Shown in pieces: positions 28,187 through 41,441 of a DNA stretch of 64,000 nucleotides. The position numbers were made by a program, and so were the translations under genes. The stretch is from Longimicrobiales bacterium (lineage in GTDB: Bacteria > Gemmatimonadota > Gemmatimonadetes > Longimicrobiales > Gaopeijiaceae), in NCBI GenBank assembly GCA_965202805.1, contig OZ241869.1, forward strand, positions 2,080,001 through 2,144,000, in the 5' to 3' direction. The notes beneath the pieces are model-generated. The model had not been told where the DNA came from. It ran no database searches and saw only the letters and a list, made by a program, of their open reading frames with translations. How positions within the stretch are numbered: the stretch's first letter is position 1; the number at the start of each line of letters is the position of its first letter.

Positions 28187-28810
28187 ATGACCACTTCAAG
28201 CCTCGACATATCCAGCGAGGCGGTACCGGCGTTTCCGGCGATCGTACCGGGGAAGCTGATCCTCAACGGCGAAAACCCGTTCATTCGCCTAAGCGATGCA
28301 CCTGGCGATCCGTTCACCACCGACGCCAGCCTCTGGACGATCACCTATTCACCCGGGGGCGCCGGTCACGCCCTGTTCATCAGGAGTGAGCTGACCGACG
28401 ACCAATGGCGCATCTACACCGACAATCCGGAGATGGTGAGGTGGCTGCAGGCAACCGTTCAGGGAATGCTGAACCCGGAAACGGCCAGTAGCCGCATTGC
28501 CCTTCTGGATGCCAGCTTTTCGCGACACGGTGACGTGCAGAGCATCTGGACCCAGACGGTGCGTTCGGATACTGACGAAATCGTGCTTTCCTGGAGCAAT
28601 CTGATCGGCCCGCTCCTGATGGCGCATGACCAGCCGGCCCAGCTCCCCGAAAGGGAATACGGCGTCAGTCTCGTCATGATTCCGGCCCTGGAGGCCGGGT
28701 TGACGTTGAACGGCCGAAGGGCATCGGGCCGGGTTTGGCCCTGCCGGTATGACGGACAGCCCTTCAGCACTTCAGCGCTGGCCTTTTCGGAAAGCTGGAG
28801 AGAACCCTGA
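28187..28810 (+). CDS. Hypothetical protein in the lower-GC insert
   Basis: AAAGGAG RBS; 207-aa beta-rich ORF; no motif recognised. Confidence 0.75.
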   Translation: MTTSSLDISSEAVPAFPAIVPGKLILNGENPFIRLSDAPGDPFTTDASLWTITYSPGGAGHALFIRSELTDDQWRIYTDNPEMVRWLQATVQGMLNPETASSRIALLDASFSRHGDVQSIWTQTVRSDTDEIVLSWSNLIGPLLMAHDQPAQLPEREYGVSLVMIPALEAGLTLNGRRASGRVWPCRYDGQPFSTSALAFSESWREP

Positions 28811-28832
28811 CGGCTCCCGTAATTCACGCCTT

Positions 28833-29882
28833 CTACCCCACCCGCTCCGCCTCTCGCACCAGCCGCTCGATCAGCGCCTCCCCGTCCGGCAGCCGATTCG
28901 CCAGCTCGTCCCGGATGCGCGGGATGACGGCGGGGGCGAACGGCGCCAGCTCCGGGCGCGAGATCTCCACGCCCGCGGCCCGCATCTGCTCGATGGCCTC
29001 CGCCTCCATCCGGCGCGCCTCTTCGCTCTGGTACGCGAGCGCGTCGGCCGCGGAACGATCCATGATCTCCCGGATGTCCGCCGGCAGCGCGCGGTAGAAC
29101 GGCTCGTTCACCAACAGCGTGATCGGGTTGTAGGTGATGGAGGTGAAGCTGTAGAAGCGGGCCACCTCATGGAGCCGGCTGCTCACGAACCCGATGGCGT
29201 TCGCCTCCCCGCCGTCGATCACGCCCTGCTGCAGCGCTGAGTAGACCTCGCCGTAGTTCATCGGGGTCGCCTGCACGCCGAGCGCGGAGTAGGCCGCCAG
29301 GTAGGTCGCGTTCTGGAGGACCCGGAGCTTGAGCCCGGCGAGATCCCCGGGCGCCTGGACAGGCCGGCGCCGGTTGTAGACGTGGCGGAACCCGTAGTCG
29401 AGGAAGCCCAGCGAGCGGACGCCGGTGCGCTCGAGCAAGAGATCGCGCCACCAGTCCCCGACGGGGCCGTTCATCACCGCGAGCCCATGGTCCCGGTTCT
29501 CGAAGAGGAACGGGAGGTCGAACATCTGCCCCTCGGGCACCCAGCCCGAGAGCACGGGGGTGCCGGTGATGGCCATGTGCACCGCGCCGACCTGGATCTG
29601 CTCGAAGGCCACGCGCTCGCCCCCAAGCTGTCCCGAGGGATAGATGACGACCCGAAAGCGCCCGTTGGTGCGCTCGAGCATCAGGTCCCGGAAGCGCTCC
29701 GCCAGGAGATGGAACTCCGAGTTGGTCGAGAGCACGTGGGAGAAGCGGACTTCCCACGCAGGCGCGTCACCCCGCGTTGCGCTGTCGGCATCGCCGGGCG
29801 CGGGGCCGCGGCAGGACGTCAACAGGAGGGCTGCCACCAGCGCCGGCAGTCCGCGGATGATTCCGCGCGAGCCCCTACGCAC
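28833..29882 (-). CDS. dctP: TRAP transporter substrate-binding lipoprotein
   Basis: Lipobox LLTSC; YPSGQLG, DLPFLF, GFRH, GLKLRV, EVYSALQQGVIDGGE. Confidence 0.92.
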   Translation of the reverse strand: MRRGSRGIIRGLPALVAALLLTSCRGPAPGDADSATRGDAPAWEVRFSHVLSTNSEFHLLAERFRDLMLERTNGRFRVVIYPSGQLGGERVAFEQIQVGAVHMAITGTPVLSGWVPEGQMFDLPFLFENRDHGLAVMNGPVGDWWRDLLLERTGVRSLGFLDYGFRHVYNRRRPVQAPGDLAGLKLRVLQNATYLAAYSALGVQATPMNYGEVYSALQQGVIDGGEANAIGFVSSRLHEVARFYSFTSITYNPITLLVNEPFYRALPADIREIMDRSAADALAYQSEEARRMEAEAIEQMRAAGVEISRPELAPFAPAVIPRIRDELANRLPDGEALIERLVREAERVG

Positions 29883-30639
29883 CCCAGATCGTCTGGCCGG
29901 CGTCGATGAACAGGCTGGCGCCGGTCACGAGACGCGCCTCGTCGCCGGACGCGAGGTACACCACCGCCCCCACCAGGTCGTCCGGGTTGCCGATCAGGCC
30001 GAGCGGGATGCGCGCCAGCCGGCGCTCGCGGAACTCCTCCTGCGCGATGTCGGCCCGGTTCAGGTCGGTCTCGATGAGGCCCGGGGCGATGGCGTTGACC
30101 CGGATCCCGCGGGGCGCGAGCTCGAGGGCCATCTGCTTCGTCAGCATCTCGATCCCGGCCTTCGACACGCAGTAGTGGGTGAGGTTGGGGGCGGCCACCG
30201 CCTGCCCGGCGGATGACACGTTGACGATGGCGCCCGCCGTCCCGGCCTCGACCATGCGGCGCGCCACCGCCTGCCCCACCAGGAAGTACCCCTTCAGGTT
30301 GACGTCCAGGATGGCGTCCCACTCATCCTCGGCGATCTCGAGGAAGGGCGTGCGCTTCAGGATGCCCGCATTGTTGACCAGGATGTCGATGCCGCCCAGG
30401 AAGTCGTGCGCCTCGGCGACAAAGCGCTCGACATCCGGGCGGGAGGCCGCGGACCCCTGCACGGCCACCGCGCGCCGCCCCATCTCCTCGATCTCGTGGA
30501 CCGCGCTATCGGCATCCCCGCGGCTCCGCCGATAGTTGACCGCTACGTCCGCGCCCTCACTGGCCAGCCCCAGGGCGATGGCCCGGCCGATGCTCCGCGA
30601 ACCACCGGTGACCAGGGCACGCTTGCCTTCAAGACGCAT
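29875..30639 (-). CDS. Short-chain dehydrogenase/reductase (SDR)
   Basis: TGGSRSIG, NNAG, YCVSK (YxxxK), PGLIETD. Confidence 0.92.
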   Translation of the reverse strand: MRLEGKRALVTGGSRSIGRAIALGLASEGADVAVNYRRSRGDADSAVHEIEEMGRRAVAVQGSAASRPDVERFVAEAHDFLGGIDILVNNAGILKRTPFLEIAEDEWDAILDVNLKGYFLVGQAVARRMVEAGTAGAIVNVSSAGQAVAAPNLTHYCVSKAGIEMLTKQMALELAPRGIRVNAIAPGLIETDLNRADIAQEEFRERRLARIPLGLIGNPDDLVGAVVYLASGDEARLVTGASLFIDAGQTIWGA

Positions 30640-30651
30640 CGCGTGTCGAAC

Positions 30652-34534
<3,883 letters not shown>

Positions 34535-34621
34535 CTTCGGGAAGGCCTCCGGAGCGCGGACGGAAGCCGCTGCCCGCTCCCCGGGGGAGACCCGTGTCCG
34601 GAACTGCGGAGAGTGCCTGCG

Positions 34622-35449
34622 CTACTCGCGCCCCATGTCCTCCGGCTTGGAGTGAACCGCGAAGGCCGCTCCCTGCGCATCCATGCACTGGGCTATGAAC
34701 TCGCCTCCCGGCACCTCCATGGGTCCGTTGAGCACCGTCCCGCCCAGTTCAGTGACCTTCTTCGCGGCGGCGAAGGCATCCGGCACCCGGACGTAGTTCA
34801 GCCACGCGGATACGGGCATCTCGGGAGGCCGGTTGTAGAAGCCCCCCAGCGGATGCGCGCCGCGATGGAACATCTGGTAGATGCCCGCCTCCCCCATGTC
34901 CATCCGGTCCGCTTCCTGCCAGCCGAACAGCTCCGAATAGAATGCCCAGGCCGCCTCCCAGTCGGTGGTCGCCAGCTCGCGCCAGGAGAACTCGCCCGGT
35001 TCTGCCGGTTCGTCGTGCCCCGGCGTCACGTCGGTGGGCTGATACGCGATGAAGACCGCGTCCAGCGGATCCTTGAGCACGGCCATGCGCCCGACCTGGT
35101 CGACATCGACCATCTCCAGGATGCTTCCGCCCAGGCTCTCGGCCTTCGCGGCGCACGCGTCGGCGTCCGGCGTCGACACGTAGAGCAGCCAGTGCGGCGG
35201 CACGCCCGCGCCCGTGAGATGCTCGGGGAGTGCCATGAGCCCGCCGACCGGCACGCCCTGGTTCATCCACAGATGGTACGGGGTCTCGGTCTCGCCTTCT
35301 CCCCACTCGCCCATGCCCCAGCCGATCACTTCACCGTAGAAGACGGCCGCGGCCTCGGGGTCGCTGGTGAGCAGTTCGTGCCAGCAGAATCGACCGGTGG
35401 GGGTGGTCGCCGTGCTCTCGGCGGGTGGTGCAGTTGTGGTGTCGGACAT
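34622..35449 (-). CDS. Two-domain VOC/glyoxalase family protein
   Basis: GRFCWHEL / GEFSWREL duplicated; FY..xGW; DPLDA/DAQGA. Confidence 0.88.
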   Translation of the reverse strand: MSDTTTAPPAESTATTPTGRFCWHELLTSDPEAAAVFYGEVIGWGMGEWGEGETETPYHLWMNQGVPVGGLMALPEHLTGAGVPPHWLLYVSTPDADACAAKAESLGGSILEMVDVDQVGRMAVLKDPLDAVFIAYQPTDVTPGHDEPAEPGEFSWRELATTDWEAAWAFYSELFGWQEADRMDMGEAGIYQMFHRGAHPLGGFYNRPPEMPVSAWLNYVRVPDAFAAAKKVTELGGTVLNGPMEVPGGEFIAQCMDAQGAAFAVHSKPEDMGRE

Positions 35450-35519
35450 GACGGGATTCCTCTCGGGATGTCGGGGTGGATGTCAGGATCGGGAAGCCGG
35501 TTCTCGCGCGGCTCGCACG

Positions 35520-35546
35520 TTGACTCGATTGTCGGGCTCAACAATC
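35520..35546. promoter_or_regulatory. Candidate promoter/operator between divergent VOC and peroxiredoxin genes
   Basis: TTGACT at 35520 next to the dyad GATTGT-N8-ACAATC (35527-35546). Confidence 0.4.
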
Positions 35547-35695
35547 TTGCCTCGATCCTACGTCGATTCAACGGGCGCGTTTCGCGACCCGCAAGACGCC
35601 AGCCACAGCCCGCACAACGTCGGCCGCAACACGAGACGACGCAGGCCGCGACCCGATACGCCGCCACGCGGCTCAACACGAAAGGTGACCATCCC

Positions 35696-36169
35696 ATGAC
35701 AGCCATCCGCGTGGGCGCCGATGCGCCCGACTTCACCGTGTTCGCTCCTCCCGGCGAGGCGAACTTCACGCTTTCCGAGCACCGGGGCCGGCCCGTCGTG
35801 CTCATGTTCGTGCCGCTGGCCTTCACCAGCACCTGCACGGCCGAGTTCTGCCACGTCGCCGAGCACTGGGGCCAGTGGGGCGAGCTCGGCGCCGACGTCG
35901 TCGGCATCAGCGTGGATTCCCCCTTCGTCAACCAGAAGTGGGGCGAGGAGATGGGGGCGCCCTTCCCCATCCTCTCGGACTTCAACAAGGAAGCCGTGGC
36001 CGCATACGGGGTCCTGCAGGGCGAACTCATCGGGTTGCGCGGCGTAGCCCGGCGCTCGGTCTTCGTCGTCGACGGGGACGGACGCGTCACCTACGCGTGG
36101 GTTGCGGAGAATCCGGGGGTGCTGCCGCACTTTGACGAGATCGTGGAGGCCGTGCAGGCGGTCGCGTGA
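35696..36169 (+). CDS. Peroxiredoxin (AhpC/TSA, AhpE-like)
   Basis: PLAFTSTC (PxxxTxxC), GISVDS, LSDFN, RSVFVVD. Confidence 0.88.
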   Translation: MTAIRVGADAPDFTVFAPPGEANFTLSEHRGRPVVLMFVPLAFTSTCTAEFCHVAEHWGQWGELGADVVGISVDSPFVNQKWGEEMGAPFPILSDFNKEAVAAYGVLQGELIGLRGVARRSVFVVDGDGRVTYAWVAENPGVLPHFDEIVEAVQAVA

Positions 36170-36366
36170 TGGCCGGGCACCGGTCGGGAGGCGATGCTCC
36201 CGGCCACCACATCCATGCGTGTCGCGGGCGCGGTCGGCTCTGACGTATTTTCAGCGGTAAGGCCACCCCGGTTGTCCATGCGGGAGAGGGCCCGCGCCTC
36301 ATCCCGCAGGCGTCTGGCCGCGAAGCAGGCAATGTCCGCAACACAAGCGATGTCCAGGAGAGGAAG

Positions 36367-37329
36367 ATGACGCTCACACGACGCGACTGGCTCAGGCTCA
36401 CGGCGGGCGGCGGTGCCGCGCTCGCACTCACCCCCGACCTGCTGGCGTCGCTGGCGCGCCAGGAAGTCATGGCCCGGGCCATTCCGGGCACCGACGAGAT
36501 GCTCCCGGTGGTGGGGCTCGGAAGTTCGGCCACCTTCTCGCGCGTGGCGCGCAGCGAGGACGTGAGCGCGATCGGCGCCGTGCTGCAGACCTTCGTGGAC
36601 AACGGCGGGACGGTGTTCGACACCGCGCCCAGCTACGGGGCCTCCGAGCAGGTGGCCGGCGACGTCGCCAACGAACTCGGCATCCAGGAACGGATTTTCT
36701 GGGCCACCAAGGTCAACGTGGCCGGACGCGGGGGCGGATCGGCCGATCCGGCGGCGGCGCGCGCGCAGATCGAGCGCTCCTTCGACCGCTTCCAGCTGCC
36801 GGTCATCGACCTGATCCAGGTGCACAACCTGGGCGACCCGCCCACCCAGCTCGGCATCCTCGCGGAGGAGAAGGCCGCGGGCCGGGTGCGCTACATCGGC
36901 ATCACCAGCACCAGCGAGCGGCGCTATCCGGACCTCGCGGCGGTCATGCGCAACGAGCCCATCGACTTCATCGGCGTGGACTACGCGGTGGACAACCGCG
37001 CCTCGGCCGACATGATCCTGCCGCTCGCGCAGGAGCGCAACATCGGCGTGCTGGTCTACGCCCCCTTCGGCCGCACACGCCTCTGGAACCGGGTGAGCGG
37101 GCGCGACGTGCCCGTGTGGGCCGGTGAGTTCGACGCGCACAGCTGGGCCCAGTTCTTCCTCAAGTTCGTGGTGGCGCACCCGGCGGTGACCTGCGTCACC
37201 CCCGCCACCAGCCGCCCCGAGCACATGATCGACAACCTGGGCGGCGGCATGGGCGGGCTCCCGGACGAGAGCCAGCTCGAGCGCATGGTCCAGCTGGTGG
37301 AGGATCTGCCGCCGGCCCGACGCGGGTAG
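36367..37329 (+). CDS. Aldo/keto reductase with Tat-like signal
   Basis: TRRDWL; DTAPSYG, ATK, DLIQVH; AGGAGAGG RBS. Confidence 0.88.
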   Translation: MTLTRRDWLRLTAGGGAALALTPDLLASLARQEVMARAIPGTDEMLPVVGLGSSATFSRVARSEDVSAIGAVLQTFVDNGGTVFDTAPSYGASEQVAGDVANELGIQERIFWATKVNVAGRGGGSADPAAARAQIERSFDRFQLPVIDLIQVHNLGDPPTQLGILAEEKAAGRVRYIGITSTSERRYPDLAAVMRNEPIDFIGVDYAVDNRASADMILPLAQERNIGVLVYAPFGRTRLWNRVSGRDVPVWAGEFDAHSWAQFFLKFVVAHPAVTCVTPATSRPEHMIDNLGGGMGGLPDESQLERMVQLVEDLPPARRG

Positions 37330-37353
37330 ACAAGCGGGAATCCTCCGAAGGCC

Positions 37354-37408
37354 GCTTCGGGGCCCGCGGTTGGCCGGCGTGAAAGCGTCCGGCGTCCGGC
37401 CCCGAAGC
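37354..37408. terminator. GC-rich hairpin between convergent genes
   Basis: GCTTCGGGGCC...GGCCCCGAAGC 11-bp IR with an inner stem-loop; no U tract. Confidence 0.45.
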
Positions 37409-39822
37409 TACCCCTCCGGCCTCACGATCTCGTACTGGTGCGGTGGCTCCGCCCCCAGCAGGTGGCGCACGAAGTAGTCCCAGCGGCGGCGGATGAAGTA
37501 GGGCTCGTTGAGGCCGTGGGCGCGGTCCGGAGCCCAGATCAGGTCGAAATCGCGGTTGGCCTTGATCAGCTCGTCGATCACCTGGACGGTCATCGCGGGG
37601 TGTACGTTGTCGTCCATGTCCCCGTGCATCAGCAGCAGCTTGCCCTCCAGGTTCGCGGCGTAGGTCTTGTTGGCCGAGGCCTCGAAGTTGTCCGTGCCGA
37701 TGGAGTCCTCCTCCATGACGCCCTGGTATTTCTCGGCCCAGTAGATGTTGTAGCTGCGGTTGTCGTGATTGCCGGCCCCTGAAACGGCGACCTTGAAGAA
37801 CTCGGGGAAGCGCAGGATGGCATCCGTGGAGGCGAACCCGCCGCCGGAGTGTCCGTAGATGCCCACCCGGTCCAGATCGATGAAGGGATGGCGGGCGGCG
37901 AGCTGCCGGATGACGGCGATGTGATCGGGGATGCCGTTGTCGATGAAGTTCCCGTAGTAGTTGTCGTGGAAGGCCTTGGAGCGATGCGGCGTCCCCAGGT
38001 GGTCGATCTGCACGACCACGAAGCCGAGCTGCGCCAGGGCGAAGTTCTCGCCGCCGCCCTTGAACTCCCAGTCCCCGACGCTTCCCCGCTGGGGCCCGGG
38101 ATAGATGTGCGAGATGATGGGGTACTTCGCGCTCTCGTCCAGATCCGGCGGGAGATAGAGGATGCCGTAGAGATCGGTGATCCCGTCGCGCGCCTTGGCC
38201 GTGAACACTTCCCCGGGGATGAAGCCGATCTCCTCGATCGCCGAGATGTCCGCGTGCTCCAGCTCGCGCACGACGCGCCCGTCGGCCGCGGTCCGCAGGA
38301 CGGTGACCGGTTCCCCCTCCACGCGCGAGTACGTGTCCACGAAGTAGCTGCCGCCGGGCGAGAACTCGATGACGTGGTTCGCGTCCTCGGGGGTGAGCAG
38401 CGTCAGCCCGGAGCCGTCGAAGCCGACGCGGTACAGGTGCGCGTAGTACGGGTTGCGCCCAGGCTCGCGGCCGCGCGCGGTAAAGAAGATGCGCTGGCGC
38501 GTCTCGTCGATGAAGACGGCCTGTCCGACCGTCCACGGGCCGGAGGTTATGCGGTTCTTCAGGTTGCCCTGGCCGTCGAAACGGTACAGGTGCGCCCAGC
38601 CGTCGCGCTCGGACCACCAGATCACGTCGTCGCCGCTCTCGGAGACGTACCAGGACGGGGTGCCGCCGCTGGATCCCCCGCCCCGGTGCCCGAGCGACAC
38701 GAAGGTGCGGGTGGAGTCGCCCAGGATGACCCGTGAGGCGCCGGTCGCGGCATCGATCTCGGCCAGGTACACGCGCTGTGAGCCGCGCGTGAAATAGTTG
38801 ACGTGCAGGCGGGTGCCGTCGGCGCTCCAGGCCGAGTCGGGGGCGGAGCCGGCGAAGGACAGCTGATGCGGGACAGGCGCCACCTCGACCCGGCGGTTGG
38901 CGGCCGCGCGCAAGGCGGTGACGGTCTCCGCGCCGACCCCGTTACCATCCTCCCCAACCCCGCTGCCGGCGGCCATCTCGCCCTCCTCCAGCTCCACGAC
39001 GTGCACGGTGGGCAGCGGGATCACCGAGTCGCCCGGCAGCGCGTACGGCTGGGAGAAGTGCCGCGGGCGCTGCGACGTATACGAGATGTAGTGCATGTGC
39101 TCCACCTCGCGCTCGTCCCGGCGCGCCACCGCGATGTAGCGCGAGTCCGGCGACCAGGCCAGCGTGGGCGTGCGCGGCCCCGGCCCCTCCCGCAGCTGGT
39201 TGGGGCGCGGCTCGTTGTACCCGTAGGCGTAGTACTTCTCGCCGTCGGCGGTCAGCTGGATCGAGTCGCCGCCCCCCGCCGGGCGCACGAACAGGTTGTA
39301 CTCGTGCGAGAAGGCCTCCCAGCGCCCGTCGGGGGACTCCACGAAGGGCAGCCGCGAAGGGAGCGTGTCCCCCACCGCGCAGGAGTAGCCCGCGATGTCG
39401 CAGGTGAAGCGCCTGCTGTTCGCCGTGAACTCGATTTCGCTCTCGCTGGCGCCGAAGCGGAAACTGCTGAAGGGCAGCTTGTCCGGGACGTAGCTGGTGT
39501 CGCCCGCGAGCGACATCGCCCCCGCCAGGCGGTAATGGTCGAAGAGCGGTTCGCGGCTGCCCCCGGCCGGGTTCACCATTACGAACTCGTACCCCGACCC
39601 CGTGTTGTTGCGGTACCAGAAGCGGGCGGTGTCCCCGGTCTCCATCCAGTTCGGGACCACTTCGGCCCCCGCGATCATGCGCTCGGTGTTCCAGGTCAGG
39701 AAGCGCTCGGCGCGGGAGTAGTCCACCTCCTGCGCCGTGGCCGCCCCGCCGCCGGCAAGAGCTGCGAGCAGAGCCGCCGGAGCGAACAGGCGAGCGATGG
39801 CAGGATGGACGGGGTATCGCAT
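37408..39822 (-). CDS. S9B dipeptidyl peptidase IV-like serine peptidase
   Basis: Signal peptide; DPPIV_N propeller; YPGP, GHSGGG, HGDMDDNVH, catalytic His in RAHG. Confidence 0.92.
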   Translation of the reverse strand: MRYPVHPAIARLFAPAALLAALAGGGAATAQEVDYSRAERFLTWNTERMIAGAEVVPNWMETGDTARFWYRNNTGSGYEFVMVNPAGGSREPLFDHYRLAGAMSLAGDTSYVPDKLPFSSFRFGASESEIEFTANSRRFTCDIAGYSCAVGDTLPSRLPFVESPDGRWEAFSHEYNLFVRPAGGGDSIQLTADGEKYYAYGYNEPRPNQLREGPGPRTPTLAWSPDSRYIAVARRDEREVEHMHYISYTSQRPRHFSQPYALPGDSVIPLPTVHVVELEEGEMAAGSGVGEDGNGVGAETVTALRAAANRRVEVAPVPHQLSFAGSAPDSAWSADGTRLHVNYFTRGSQRVYLAEIDAATGASRVILGDSTRTFVSLGHRGGGSSGGTPSWYVSESGDDVIWWSERDGWAHLYRFDGQGNLKNRITSGPWTVGQAVFIDETRQRIFFTARGREPGRNPYYAHLYRVGFDGSGLTLLTPEDANHVIEFSPGGSYFVDTYSRVEGEPVTVLRTAADGRVVRELEHADISAIEEIGFIPGEVFTAKARDGITDLYGILYLPPDLDESAKYPIISHIYPGPQRGSVGDWEFKGGGENFALAQLGFVVVQIDHLGTPHRSKAFHDNYYGNFIDNGIPDHIAVIRQLAARHPFIDLDRVGIYGHSGGGFASTDAILRFPEFFKVAVSGAGNHDNRSYNIYWAEKYQGVMEEDSIGTDNFEASANKTYAANLEGKLLLMHGDMDDNVHPAMTVQVIDELIKANRDFDLIWAPDRAHGLNEPYFIRRRWDYFVRHLLGAEPPHQYEIVRPEG

Positions 39823-40022
39823 GAGTGCCTCCCGGAGCATTCAGGGGTCGCGCGGGCGTCGGGCGTTTGCGGAATCCGCCGAGGGCGGGGATTATCCGTG
39901 CTAGCCAATCTGCCGAGAGGGACGAATGCCGGGCAATCGCCCAGTGCCCTCCCGGCGGGAACCGCGCGGCCCCGCATCGCATCCTTGAACACGCGTTTCC
40001 GACTCGAGCCCCGAGACCACAC

Positions 40023-41429
40023 ATGAGCGAGATCAGCTTTACCGCCCAGGTCGACCGCCACTTCCACAAGGCGGCCGCGTACACGAACCACCCCCCGGGC
40101 CTCCTCGAGCAGATCCGGGCGTGCAACAGCGTCTACGCGTTCACATTCCCGATCCGGAAGGACAACGGCACCATCGAGGTCATCCACGCCTGGAGAGCGG
40201 AACACAGCATGCACAAGACCCCCACCAAGGGGGGGATTCGCTACGCCTCGCACGCCAACCAGGACGAAGTGGTGGCGCTCGCCACCCTCATGACCTACAA
40301 GTGCGCCCTGGTCGAAGTCCCCTACGGCGGCGCCAAGGGCGCGGTCTGCATCGACCGGCGCGAGTATTCGGACGCCGAACTCGAGCGCATCACCCGGCGC
40401 TACACCTTCGAGCTGGTGGCCAAGAACTTCATCGGCCCCGGCCTCGACGTTCCCGCCCCCGACTACGGCACCGGTGCCCGCGAGATGGCGTGGATCGTCG
40501 ACACCTACGAGCAGATCGCCCCGTCCAAGCTCAACGCCGCCGCGTGCGTGACCGGGAAGCCGATCGCGCAGGGCGGCATCAGGGGGCGGACTACCGCCAC
40601 CGGGCTGGGCGTCTTCTTCGGCATCCGGGAGACCTGCCTGGACGCGGGATTCATGAAGGACCTGGGCCTGCAGCGGGGCGTGGGCGGCAAGCGCATCGTC
40701 ATCCAGGGCCTCGGCAACGTGGGCTACCACGCCGCCTGCTTCCTGCACGACGCGGGCGCCGTCATCGCGGGCATCGCCGAATACAACGGCGGCATCTGGT
40801 CCGAAGACGGGATCGATCCGCGCGCAGCCCGGAAGCACTTTCGCGAGCACGGCTCGCTGCTCGGCTTCCCGGGCGCCTCCGACGTGACCAGCAGCCTGGA
40901 GCTGCTGGAGGCCGACTGCGACATCCTCGTGCCCGCCGCCATCGAGAACGTGATCACCGAGGAAAACGCGGGACGAATCCGGGCCTCGATGATCGCGGAG
41001 GCGGCCAACGGACCCACCACCGCCGGCGCGGCGGAAATGCTCCTGGAGCGGGGCGTGCTGATCCTCCCGGACATGTATCTGAACGCGGGAGGGGTCACGG
41101 TCTCGTACTTCGAGTGGCTGAAGAACCTCTCCCACGTGCGCATGGGCAGGATGGAGAAGCGATTCGAGGAGGCGAGCAACCGCCGGCTGCTGGCTGCGAT
41201 GGAGGCAGTGACGGGGTACCAGCTTTCCGAGGCGGTGCTCGGCATGGCGGCCAAGGGCGCCAGCGAGGAGGACCTGGTCCGTTCCGGGCTCGAGGACACG
41301 ATGATCAATGCCCACCGCATCAGCTGCGAGGTGGCGCGACGTCACGGGGTCGACCTCCGGACCGCCGCCTACGTCCTGGCCATCGACAAGATCGCCGTTG
41401 CCTACGCGGAGCGGGGGATCTTCCCGTAG
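40023..41429 (+). CDS. gdhA: Glu/Leu/Phe/Val dehydrogenase, probably glutamate dehydrogenase
   Basis: KGGIRY, MTYKCA, GGAKG, DVPAPD, QGLGNVG, EAANGP, NAGGVTVSYFEW. Confidence 0.9.
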   Translation: MSEISFTAQVDRHFHKAAAYTNHPPGLLEQIRACNSVYAFTFPIRKDNGTIEVIHAWRAEHSMHKTPTKGGIRYASHANQDEVVALATLMTYKCALVEVPYGGAKGAVCIDRREYSDAELERITRRYTFELVAKNFIGPGLDVPAPDYGTGAREMAWIVDTYEQIAPSKLNAAACVTGKPIAQGGIRGRTTATGLGVFFGIRETCLDAGFMKDLGLQRGVGGKRIVIQGLGNVGYHAACFLHDAGAVIAGIAEYNGGIWSEDGIDPRAARKHFREHGSLLGFPGASDVTSSLELLEADCDILVPAAIENVITEENAGRIRASMIAEAANGPTTAGAAEMLLERGVLILPDMYLNAGGVTVSYFEWLKNLSHVRMGRMEKRFEEASNRRLLAAMEAVTGYQLSEAVLGMAAKGASEEDLVRSGLEDTMINAHRISCEVARRHGVDLRTAAYVLAIDKIAVAYAERGIFP

Positions 41430-41441
41430 AAGGGACCCTCC

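Noticed and set aside
27621..28832. Integron gene cassettes or IS element
   Set aside because: No RYYYAAC/GTTRRRY attC pair, integrase, transposase or terminal repeats found
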